This document shows, piece by piece, positions 50,098 through 64,000 of a DNA stretch of 64,000 bases. The notes beneath the pieces are model-generated. The model had not been told where the DNA came from. It was given only the letters and a program-made list of their open reading frames with translations, and did not search any database. Numbering within the stretch: position 1 is the first letter of the stretch; every line of letters starts with the position of its first letter. Source of the stretch: Hyaloraphidium curvatum SAG 235-1 (Eukaryota > Fungi > Monoblepharomycota). Position numbers and translations under genes: made by a program. The stretch lies in assembly GCA_025558095.1 (NCBI GenBank), contig JAIVFI010000004.1:620001-684000 (forward strand), read 5' to 3'.

Positions 50098-50980
50098 GAG
50101 AATGGAACAGTATTGGTGACCCGGACCTGCCCCTGGCATGGCCGCTGTTACACCATCAGTTTGCTGCTAATTTGAAGTCTGTTGTCGTGCATCTTTTTCA
50201 TTTCCCCCGTTTTCTGTCCTTCATGGACTTTGAGAGATGAAGCTGGCAATGAAGTTGAGGGCCTTCTCCTTCTGCCGCCTCGCTTTGATCGTGGGCTCGA
50301 ACTCCTTGATGCTAAGAGCCCAGAGCCAGGTCTCCATGTTCCACTCCCGGCCTAGTGCGTCCAATCTAGTCTGCAGCTTCTGGCGCCGCTCCGCATTTGC
50401 TGAACAGTGAAACAGAAAGTGTTGTTCGTCTCCAATGTGCTCAGGGTCATGCTTGCACGTTCTCTGCTGCACCTCAAGTCCTTGGTGCCTGCCTATCTCC
50501 ACCTCCAGGTCGTGGGTAGAGCACAGCAACTTTTGGACATCCCTCCGGTGCTTCTCCATCCGGATCAGGGATGGTCCGATGTGGCCAAAGGTCATGTCAC
50601 ACATCCTCCAAAAGTGCAGTTTGTCGTTGTCCTTGAGCCTCTGGGCATTGATCTCCCTGAACTTGCCATTCACAAGATTCTCCACAGTCTCCTTGGGCCA
50701 TGAGAAAGTGTCCTTCTCCCACATCTCCCTCCCATCTTCGCTGCCATAGTATACAAGTAGCTCCCTCAGGAAGGCAGCCCAGTTCCAGCACCCCTTCAGT
50801 GCATCAAGGCCCTCAACTTCATTGCCAGCTTCATCTCTCAAAGTCCATGAAGGACAGAAAACGGGGGAAATGAAAAAGATGCACGACAACAGACTTCAAA
50901 TTAGCAGCAAACTGATGGTGTAACAGCGGCCATGCCAGGGGCAGGTCCGGGTCACCAATACTATTCTACTTCTTCTATTC
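50098..50980. mobile_element. Fold-back unit of two head-to-head LINE 3' ends
   Basis: 157-bp perfect inverted arms at 50109-50265 and 50806-50962, a 540-bp LINE spacer, tails at both outer ends, and GTAC on both flanks. Confidence 0.9.
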
Positions 50981-51100
50981 GTACTCCTCCTTCGGCTTCT
51001 TGACATTGAACGGGCTTCCATACTGGCACATACTGGCCCACTGCCCTGACCTTCGTGTTGTAGAGCTTGAGTGGAAGGTCAGGATTCATCATCCCTGACC
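50981..51100 (-). mobile_element. Old LINE fragment
   Basis: [22 protein letters not shown], homologous to ~46570-46679. Confidence 0.8.
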
Positions 51101-51656
51101 AGTGCTTCCTTGGTTGCACATCCCAGCACCGAATTGCTTCTTGCACCAACCAACCCCATCTGGTGCCAGCCGCTGCAACGCAAATGCCTCCCTCCACTCG
51201 CCCTTTATTCGGGCTGCCTGGTCCATCGGGCAACAGCCTATCGGGGCGGCCGACTGGGGTGCGGTTCGGGTGCGCGGGGTTTTCCGGCCAACCCATCACA
51301 AGCATCTGCAACGCAAACGCATTTGGCACTAACAAGGGAGTGGAGCACGACCAAGCGTCTCCATCTTTTGCCATACTGATCGCTAGGTCACCGCAAACTG
51401 GAATGGGAAGCCCCCTTTGGTCCAAAACCTGCGGGAACCACGCCACCAGAGGCGTCCCCGGATTCAATGACATGTACTTGGTGGCAACGCGCGAGCGAGC
51501 GTATTCAGATCGGCCGCAGGGAGCGGTGTGTTTTGGTCGTGATTCGGAGGGTGCTCGAAGGCATGAGCGCGGCACTGAGGCCCTCGATCAGGGTGCGACC
51601 TTGATCGTCGAACGCGTCGACCGCCGGCGCGTGTCAGGCGTCAACGGCCCGGCGGA

Positions 51657-53281
51657 ATGTCGTCAGATAGATACGTCAAGAGCGAGAAACTCGGGGAAGG
51701 GACCTATGCCACGGTGTACAAGGTCGGAACTGCGTGCGCGGTCCCGCGGGCTGCACCGACACGCCCGTCTCCAGGGCAAGAACCGGCTGACGGGGGAGGT
51801 CGTGGCGCTTAAAGAGATCCATTTGGACTCGGAAGAAGGCGCTCCGTCGACCGCTATTCGTGAGATATCGCTCATGAAGGAGCTCAAGCACCAGAACATT
51901 GTCCGCCTCTACGATGTTATCCACACGGAACGGACCCTTACGCTGGTGTTTGAGTACATGGACCAGGATCTGAAGAAGTACATGGACATTCACGGCACGA
52001 ACGGCGCGCTGGAGGCTTGCCTCTGCAAGCACTTCACGAGCCAGCTCCTCCGCGGGATCGCGTTCTGCCACGAGAACCGGGTCCTGCACCGCGATCTGAA
52101 GCCGCAGAACCTGCTCATTAACTCGCGAGGGGACTTGAAGCTGGCGGATTTCGGGCTTGCGCGGGCGTTTGGTGCGTTCGCACCGAGCTCAGGCTGGGGG
52201 TTGCTGCTGACCCTCTGTCGCAGGCATTCCCGTCAACACGTTCTCGAACGAAGTCGTGACGCTGTGGTATAGGTATGTGCTCCCGCATCCTACACCAGCG
52301 CTGCGCTGATTCCGTTTGCTGGGCAGGGCCCCGGACGTGCTGCTCGGTTCGCGCAACTACAACACGACCATCGACATGTGGTCTGCGGGCTGCATCATGG
52401 CCGAGATGTACAGCGGGAAACCTCTCTTTCCCGGCAAAACAAACGAGGACCAGTTGCTGCGGATATTCAAGCTCCTGGGCACGCCAACGGAGCAGACGTG
52501 GCCGCACGTTTCAGAGTATCCGGAGTACAAAAAGACCTTTCCCTACTACCCGCCGACACATGTCGGCACGAAACTTCCCATGATTGATCCCGTTGGGCTC
52601 GACCTGGTGCAGCGGCTCCTGCAGTACCAGCCGAACGCTCGGATTTCGGCAAAGGACGCCCTGAATCACCCTTACTTTGCGGACCTGCGGCAGGCCTCCG
52701 ACCTGCAAAGGGACCTCTTCGCCGTCGGCGCGGGACCGGGAGGCAACCTGACGATTGCCGCAGCCATGTCGGCTTTGGGACTTCGAAACGCCGCGAGCCA
52801 GCAGGTCCTGCTCTCTACCAATCTTCCGCAACACGGAGGCTCGATGGCGGCGTCTTCTGCCCAGTACATTTCGTCTTTGCCTCACCTCGCGCAATCGCAA
52901 GCGGGAATGGCGGCGTCTTTCGCGTCGTTGGGATCTGTAGCTGGCATGCAGGGCCCTGCAGGCTATGTCGGCAACGGGATGCAGGCACTCGCGCCGCAGC
53001 AGAGTGCCGCGGTCTACGGCGCGCCTGTGCCGGGTATGCCTTCGGATCGGACTTATGGGCAATCGATTCAGCAGCTGATATCGATGACGGGCCAGCAAGC
53101 CGGCCAGATGCCAACCCAGACTTTCGTTTCCGGGGCAACGGACCTTTCGGGCGGATACGCGCTGTACTCCCAGGTGCCGGCCGGTGGAGGGCAGCCCGTC
53201 CAGTATGTAGCCATGCCCAACGGTGCCATCCCGCAGCACCCTGGGGGACAGGTCAATCAGCAGGGGCAGGGTTACTACTAG
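51657..53281 (+). CDS. PHO85: Cyclin-dependent kinase Pho85 with long low-complexity C-terminal tail
   Basis: [71 protein letters not shown]. Three introns. Confidence 0.95.
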
Positions 53282-53422
53282 TAGCGGTTGAGTCGCGCGT
53301 GTTTGGGTCCAATACAGATCCATCTCTAAGTGTCGCCACGCGCAATGCACCAGGCAGTCCAGGGAGAATCAAGGGCAGGAGGGGGGGAAGGTAGGGGACG
53401 TCCGAGAGAAGAGAGTGCCGGT

Positions 53423-54728
53423 TCAAGCCTTGATGATCCCCTTTTCCAAGCAGAGCTGAGCGAAGAAACGAGTGAGCCTTGTGAAGTCCACGACAGTACA
53501 GCACCCTTCACCTCTCGCATGCGGACGCCCATCTTCGCCGGGCTAGCAACAACCGCAACTCCGGCCGCCTCCAGCGCAGCGATCTTGGCATCCGCAGTGC
53601 CCTTTCCGCCGGCGACGATTGCACCTGCGTGACCCATGCGGCGCCCAGGGGGGGCCGTCCGACCAGCGATGAAGGAGACCACGGGCTTCCCCATAGTGTT
53701 GTGCGCCTTCAGGTACTCCGCACCCTCCTCCTCGGCGGAACCACCGATTTCACCGATCATGATGATGCCTGAAAGGTATGATTAGGCCATGGCGCCAATC
53801 TGCGCGTGTGGTCGGCCTTACCCTTGGTGTTCGGGTCCTCGAGGAACACCTTAAGGCAGTCCACGAACACGGTTCCAGGGAAGGGGTCGCCACCGATGCC
53901 GACGCAGAGAGTCTGACCCAGACCAGCCTCGGTCGTCTGGTTCACAGCCTCGTACGTCAAAGTCCCGGAGCGCGACACCACGCCGATGATGCCCTTCTTG
54001 TGGATGTGCCCGGGCATGATGCCGAGCTTGCACTCCCCGGACTTGATCACACCGGGGCAGTTGGGCCCGACGAGCCGCGACTTGTTCTGCGTCTTCAGAG
54101 CGTCGACGACCTTGACCATGTCATGCTGGGGAATGCCCTCGGTGATGGCCACGATGAGCGGAATCTCGGCGTCGACAGCCTGCAGGATCGCGGCCGCGGC
54201 CCCCGGCGGCGGGACGTAGATAACGGTGGCGTCGGGCTTGACGGCCTTCATGGCCTGTAGGCGGCAGGCGGCGAAGCACCATGCAGGTTTCAGACCTCTG
54301 GGGCCCACGGAGTCGGGCAGCCGCCACGCGGCGTCCCACCTCGGAGCAGTTGTTGAACACCGGCAGCCCAAGGTGCTCCTGTCCGCCTTTCCCGGGCGAC
54401 ACGCCGCCGACCATCTTCGTCCCGTACTCGATCGCCTGTTTCGAGTGGAAAGTGCCCTGTGTGGCCGCGATGTGCCGCGAGAAGCGGCGGGTGGCTGTCA
54501 GGCCGACGCGAGGGCTGCGGGGCGCGGATACCAGCCTGCTTGCCCGTGAGGCCCTGGCAGATGACACGCGTCTCGCTGCCGACCATCAGGTTCTTGACGG
54601 TCTGCTCGTACAGGCTCGCGCCGGTCGCGTAGCCGCGGGCTGGGGGTGGCGTCGTGAGCGCGGGGCGGGCGGGGCGCCGCGGCCACGCCACCTTGCCGCG
54701 AGAGCACGGTCGCCGCCTGCTTCAGCAT
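53423..54728 (-). CDS. LSC1: Succinyl-CoA ligase alpha subunit, mitochondrial
   Basis: [57 protein letters not shown]. Confidence 0.96.
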
Positions 54729-54879
54729 CTCTGCGGGGCTGCTCGAGCGGGATGGCAGGAAAGAAGGCGATGACGCGGGAGCGGGGAGGACCGGGCCGCG
54801 CGCGAAGCCGGACGGCGGCTGGAGCAAAATGCCCTTGGATTCGCGGGGACGACCGACCCACACTTCCCCGCGCTGAACG

Positions 54880-58178
<3,299 letters not shown>

Positions 58179-58296
58179 GCAGGGGTAGGAAACTTGGGAA
58201 ATGAGAGTTGCTATTCACGCCTGAGGTCCGTGATGCTGCTGTGTGCGCGTCTCGGAAACTCCCTTCCCCGTCCCCGAATCTCGAACGCTTGCAACC

Positions 58297-59289
58297 ATGC
58301 TGAGCGACGAGGACTACCTGGAGGACGTGTCGAATGCTCCGGACAGACCGCGGGACAAACTTGACTTCGAGGACTACTCGTTGACGCCGTATCCGCAAAC
58401 GGACGACGTCCTCGACGCGGCCGTCTCGGACGAGCAGAGGCTCACGCAGGCGTGGATCAACGAACGCTGTGCCCCGGCACTGCTACCTTTCCAGCGGGAC
58501 GTTGTTGAGAATCTCAGGGAGGCGTTGGAGCTGCAGGTGCAGGGTCCGCGGCGACGTCGGCGCGCGGCCTGGAACGGCGTTTCCCGCTTCCCAGGAAAAC
58601 CGACTGGATTCCGAGCAAAGTCGGGATGTGAACGCGGATGTCGTGGCTTCATTGTGTCAGGAGGAAATGGAGCGGATCAAGTTTGTGCTCCGGAGCTATC
58701 TGCGAACGCGCATTCACAAGGCAAGTCTGCGTCATCCGAAGGTGCCCGTTGGCAATGCTGAGCTTTGCAGATTGAGGCATACTGCAAGTTCATCTTGGGA
58801 CGACCATCGGAACTGCGGAAGCTCTCGGAAGAGGAGAAGACCTACGCTCGACGGTTGTCTGCTGATGATTCTCCGGAGGGTCCCTTGCTCATCAATGCCC
58901 CCAGATATCAGGAGCTTCTGGAGCGCCATTTTCATTCTACAGTCCTTTCCGATCTGCCGGAGAACCTCCGGCAGATGGACGACAACTCGCAGGGCATGAG
59001 CATGGGTAAGTTGTCGGTCCTGGCACGTCTCATCCACCATCCGACGATGTTCCGAAAGTGAGCGCACCGGACCTCAATGCAGCGGTTTTCCTCAAGGTGA
59101 CCCAGAACTTGGGCACCATAACGGACGGACGGTGAGCAGTCTGTAGCCGCGATCAGTGTGCCTTGGATGAAAACGACTCCATCGCAACCAAGGACGCGAG
59201 TGGAAGGAATGAAGCAGGGCGGTATCTACATCATGCGCTATGCCACAGTGCAAGTGCTTTTGGAGCGCGAACAAGTAGTTCTCCTCTGA
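58297..59289 (+). CDS. SLD5: GINS complex subunit Sld5
   Basis: LTQAWINERCAPALLPF, EMERIKFVLRSYLRTRIHKIE, PDLNAAVF, IYIMRY. Confidence 0.93.
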
Positions 59290-59417
59290 CTTAAGTCGCA
59301 AATCTCTAATTTCTTTACGAAAGCAATCACGTCCATTCCATTCCTGTCATAGTGGGCACGGTACAAGCCCCGCTTCCACTCCCATGCCAAAGACTCTTCA
59401 CTACAAGGAAATGCCAA

Positions 59418-62400
59418 TCATGCACCAGATGAGGCAATTGAGATGCCGCTCTGTGTCCGGGAAAAGAACGGGGAAGATGTCGACGTCGAGCTCGACAGGA
59501 TGCTCGCAGATTCCAAGGCTCCCGAAGGGCTCCCCGCGGCAGGGAACTGCGTGTGCAGTGCGTTCTCGTCCACGTCGCGCAGCCACTCGTGCTCGAGCAG
59601 CTCCGTGGCGCTGGGGCGCGCCTTAGCTGGCCGCGCGAAGCACAGCGTCAGGAAATCGATTCCAGCTTCCGACAGTTGGGAACTGTCGGGCAGGGGCGGG
59701 TGTCGCCCCGAAATGCCGATATGGTACATCTTCACGGGGCCAGACGTAAGCAAAAGATCGGATGACATCGCGAATCCACCCACGATGGCCCATTCGTTGT
59801 CAAGATTGACCCAAGGCTTCCGCCCCGTGACCATCTCGAGAACGCAGCATCCCATGGACCAGATGTCTTGGGATCCCTTCTTCATGTCCGCGAACTGTTC
59901 TCCAGTGATGACTTCGGGCGACATGTAGTGCGGGGTGCCGATCAAGCTGTTGTGCTCGCCGTTCACAACAAGGGTCTTCTGATTCTTGTAGACCTTGGAA
60001 GCGCCGAAATCCACGAACTTGATGGCTCCGTGGCTGTCGATGAGGGTATTGGCCGGCTTTACGTCGCTATTGTTTGTCCCTGTGAGCAATCGCCCCCAAA
60101 GGCATCCGAATCGGCGGCAACTCACCGGTGTACGATGTTCTTGGAGTGTAGATACTGCAAGCCCAAGAGCATCTGCTTCGCATAGATGCGGATGACGTTC
60201 TCGTCTTCGATCCTGCCGTGCTCCAGGAGGCCCGCCAGCGAGTTGGGGCAGTACTCCATGAAGATGTACAGCTTATCCCTGTGGACTTCGACGCCGTAGT
60301 AGTTGACGATGTTGGGGTGGTGGAGCATCTGCATCACCGTCATCTCCTCCTTTATGGACCGCTTGAGGGCCTCGAGGGACGACACGTCTTGGAACTTGAT
60401 CTCCTTGACGGCCATGACGTCGCCGCTGTCCAGGTTGATGGCCATGTACACCTGCGGACTCTCACGTCAGTGCCGCTTCGAGACAACAAAGCAACAGCAC
60501 CCACAGAGCCGTACGACCCGCCTCCGAGGAACTTGCCCTGCTGCCAACGGAGCGATATGCTGCTGCTGGAGCTGGCGAGGAGGCCGATGTTGCGTTCCTC
60601 TATGTTGTGGTCGTCCAGGACCTTGCCGATGATGCGCATGCCCCGCTGGCGCTTTTGCCGCTCCTCCTCGAGCTCGGTCATGGCCGGCGCGACGTGATCG
60701 GCGGAAGGCTCCGGCTCCGGCGCGCCGCTGAGGAGCTTGGCGATCTCGGCCCGAATGAGCTCCGACGTTGCCGTAGTCTGGCGCTCTGCTTCAAGCTTGG
60801 CGCTGGCTGAAAGGGCAAACTGCCGCGTGCCTTGAATGTCGACGTGCGAAATCAGCAGCGACATGCACCGCGCGACCTGGAACTTGAACAGCCCAAACTC
60901 ATCGTCCGTCAGGTCAAAGATGCCGTTGCCGCTACGTGAATCGGGTGAGAAACGCCCATCAAAGCATGCTTCATGACCCACGTTGTGAGCTTCATGGCAA
61001 ACTCGAGCGCCACAAGCGACCACCGGTACGTTCGCTTGTCGGTGTTGACGCAGTCGACCACGACAAAGTCCAGCCACTCTATCCCCAGCCGCACAAAGCT
61101 CCTCTGCAGCGCCCTCCGCCTGGTGACGCCGCCGACGTTCCGTAGAGCCTTGCTCCCAAAGTCGCTCGCGAATGTGAACCACTCCTCGATGAGATCGTGA
61201 ACACCGCCCATCTCCCCGCCTTTGGAGTATCCCAGCTTCCGGATCATTTCGCGCACCACACGCACGGAGCCGATCACCACTTCGGTGAGGTTGTACAGAG
61301 TCCGCTTGACCCCTTTAAGCGCCATGTGCACCGAGTTCACGTGCGCACGCGCCTCCTTCTTGAGGCGCACGCAGGACGACCCGACCGCGCCTTCGAACGC
61401 GTGACGCACCGCCGGCAGAACCTCGCCATTGTCCGCCACCAGCCGCACCCGCTCGGGCTTCAGCCGATAGCCCTTGGCGGCGGCGGAGTCATTGAGCCGC
61501 ATCACCTTGCCGCCCCGCCAGGTGATGTGCTTGTCCCGTCCGGGGGAGATGATGAGCACGTAGCCCTCGCCGAGGTCCTCCTTAAAGTTCTCGTACCGCG
61601 TAAGGCAGGCACGCAGCAGTTTCCGCACGCCCGCGGGCCGGTCATGCAGGGATGGGGACGCAAACACGAGGTATCCCTGCGGGGTCACCCCCTTGCCCGA
61701 TCCCGTTACGTCCACAAGCACATGTCCGGTGGTCTGCAGCAGCGGGATGAGCTCGTCCAGGTCCAGAAGAAGGTACTCGGCCGCGAGCTCAAACTCGGAG
61801 ATGAGGCTCTTCATGAACCGCAGGAGCTTCCTCGACCGCGCCCGCACATTCTCGAGAACGCGAGACTTGTACCACCTCGCGAGGTTGGCCTGTGGATTGT
61901 TTAAAGACGGCGAAGGCACGGCAAGGGAGGAAGGCGATTGTTCGTCGCCCCCACCGCCCTGCTGCACAAGGGAACCGGGAGCGACGCTCATTTGCGCCTG
62001 GAAGTACGAGTTGACCTTGCGCAGAAGCTCTTCTTCCAGTTTGCTGCGCGGTGAGGGCGTTTCGGTGAGGGTGAGCACTAAGAGGGCGCTTGCAGATACG
62101 TACCAGAACTGCTCCGCAATCTCAATGTCGCCGCCCTCGAGCCAGGGAGCCACCTGCTCCGTGAGAAACTCCCACTCGGTTTCAAGCATTTCGACCTCCT
62201 TGAAAAAGACGATCTCGGCCGACGACTTCAACCTCCAGTTGAGCAGGCGGAAGTAGAACCTCAAGGAAGCGAGGAAGACAGAGTCGTACGTCGGCGACAA
62301 GGAGTTCGTGATTGTCCACCCGTCCGCGGGGGTGTCCAGGTCCAGCGTTTCCTCCTTGATTCGAGCAGCCAGCCCCAGCGATATGCTCGAGTCCTCCACC

Positions 62401-64000
62401 AGCTCCGCGATCGCGCCCAGCCCGCCCGCGCCCACGGGCTTGATCAGGTTCTCGGTGTACTCGAGCCTGAGCTTGAGGAACTCCTCCATCAGGTTGCTCG
62501 GGAACTGCGCCAGCTGCCTCAGCTCCTCGATGTGGGTCGGCAACCTCATCCTCCGGAATGCGGCGGCGTTGGTGGTCATGGCGTGCTTGGTCCGCCTGAC
62601 CATGCCCTTGAGCACCGACATGATGCGGCGCTCGAAGGTGCCCTTGACCCCGGACTCCTTGAGGATCCGCTCGATGAAGGAGCGGTCGGCGCCAACCATG
62701 CTCAGGGTCTCGGAGCCCGTCCAGTTCTTGAGGATCTGCAGCTGCATCCGCAAGGAGCGCGTGATGGAAAGCCACGAGGACAGCGCGTCGAGGTTGTACT
62801 GGAAGGAGAGGGAGGCGTAGATGGGGCGGTCCGTGGTGATGGCGCGGCGGGATTGGTACATGGACTCGACGATCTCGACCTTGTCGAGGATGGCCACGAC
62901 TGGAACAACCCGATCAGGGCGATTCTCCGCCGGTCGAAAGCCCACCCACCCTGGTCGAAAGCCGACGGCGCGCCCTCGCCCTCCCTGACCTCGAACCGCA
63001 CCACCTCCTCCAGGATCTTGTCCACCTCGGCCTTGCGGAACTCGTCCACGAACCGCGTCTCGTCCTCGAGCCGCCTCCCCGAGACCGCGGCCTTGATGCC
63101 CATCCAGATCGCCAGCCTCTCTTCCGGGTCCCCGCGCTTGCGCGTCGAGTCCGTCGACCCGAGGCGCTGCTTTTCGGAGCGGATGACGTCCCCGTTGAGG
63201 ACCGAGGAGAGCATGGCCTGCCACTCGAGGCGTTCGCGGCGGCCCGGCGTCATCGGGTGGTTGGGGGCCGTGGGCGGAGCCGACGCCGACGGAGGGATGC
63301 CGGCGGCGGTCGGCTTGGAGGCCTTGAGAGCAGACGGAGGTTTGATGGGCGACGAAGGGGCAGCGGAAGCAGGTGGTTTGGCTTGCCCAGCGGCGCCGGC
63401 GGCGCTGGCTGGCGCAGGGCGCGAAGGCTGCGCCGCGGCGGGCGGTGGGGGCGCACCGTCGTCGGTCCGCGACAGGGGGGAACGCTTGTGGACCCCGTTT
63501 GTGCGGGAAGGATCCGCGGCCGCGGTGGCAGCCGGGGGACGGTCGGGCTTCGGGAGCTTTTCCGCGTGTCCGTTGGCAGTGTCTTCGGCGGCTGCTGGTT
63601 CCACCGATGGAGGAGCACTCCCAGAGGCAGGAGGAACGGGGGGTGCGGGCCGGGTGGCCTCGGTCGCGGGCACCGGCGGCGGTTGCCTGCCCACTGCCGG
63701 CTTGGAAGGAACCTCTTCCTCGCCGCTGGATTCCGACGACGAGGAACTGTCCCCAGACTTCTTGGAGAGCTTTTGCGAGAGGTAGTAGTTCTGCACGCCG
63801 ACGGAGGAGCTCGAGGAGGGAGACCGGCCCGTGGCGGTCGGCGAGTTGGACCTCCGCCGGCGGTGATGCGAGGCCACAGGCACGGGTGTCGCCCCACGCC
63901 TCGGTTCCGTTGCGGTGTTCCGCTGTCCGCCGGGGCCCACGTCCTCGTCGGGCCTCGAGACCTGGAACGAGTGGAACCGCCGCATGCCGGGGCGCACCGG
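59418..64000 (-). CDS. SSK2: Ssk2/Wis4/MEKK4-type MAP kinase kinase kinase (5' end beyond window)
   Basis: RERLEWQAMLSSVL.GDVIRSEK.RL, WQQGKFLGGGSYG, MAVKEI, LHHPNIV.YYGVEVHRDK, HRDVKPAN, VDFG, GTPHYMSPE, LDNEWAI. Confidence 0.94.

Noticed and set aside
51067-51656. Apparent N-terminal extension of PHO85
   Set aside because: The true first exon starts at 51657 in another frame; the ORF merely reads through intron 1.
10007-53281. PPX1 and PHO85 as a phosphate gene cluster
   Set aside because: They are 40 kb apart with unrelated genes between.

Overview
Gene-dense, GC-rich eukaryotic DNA with many short (about 50-70 nt) spliceosomal introns. Gene content and style suggest an early-diverging zoosporic fungus (chytrid/monoblepharid-like; this is inference). 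About 26 host genes flank a roughly 13.6 kb transposon island (about 37.5-51.1 kb). Host genes include RRP12, PPX1, BAP31, UBL-WLM protease, MSN5/XPO5, CAP2, SRPRB, SMYD, a GH5 glycolipid hydrolase, VPS41, GRC3, bL35m, PHO85, LSC1, MCM3, SLD5 and a partial SSK2-type MAPKKK. The island is a nest. Old LINE fragments host a short-LTR Ty5/Hemivirus-type copia element, which is split by two younger antisense LINE insertions with recoverable TSDs. It also holds a solo LTR of a second family and a fold-back unit made of two head-to-head LINE 3' ends with 157-bp perfect inverted arms. Other highlights are an intronless bacterial-type DHFR, a tandem pair of small hydrophilic genes ending in SKL/PKL, a ricin-B/Cys-rich/TM/SH3 receptor-like gene, an orphan GR/DUF3537-like TM7 fragment, and several GC-AG introns. 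All calls were made by eye, and exon boundaries are manual predictions.
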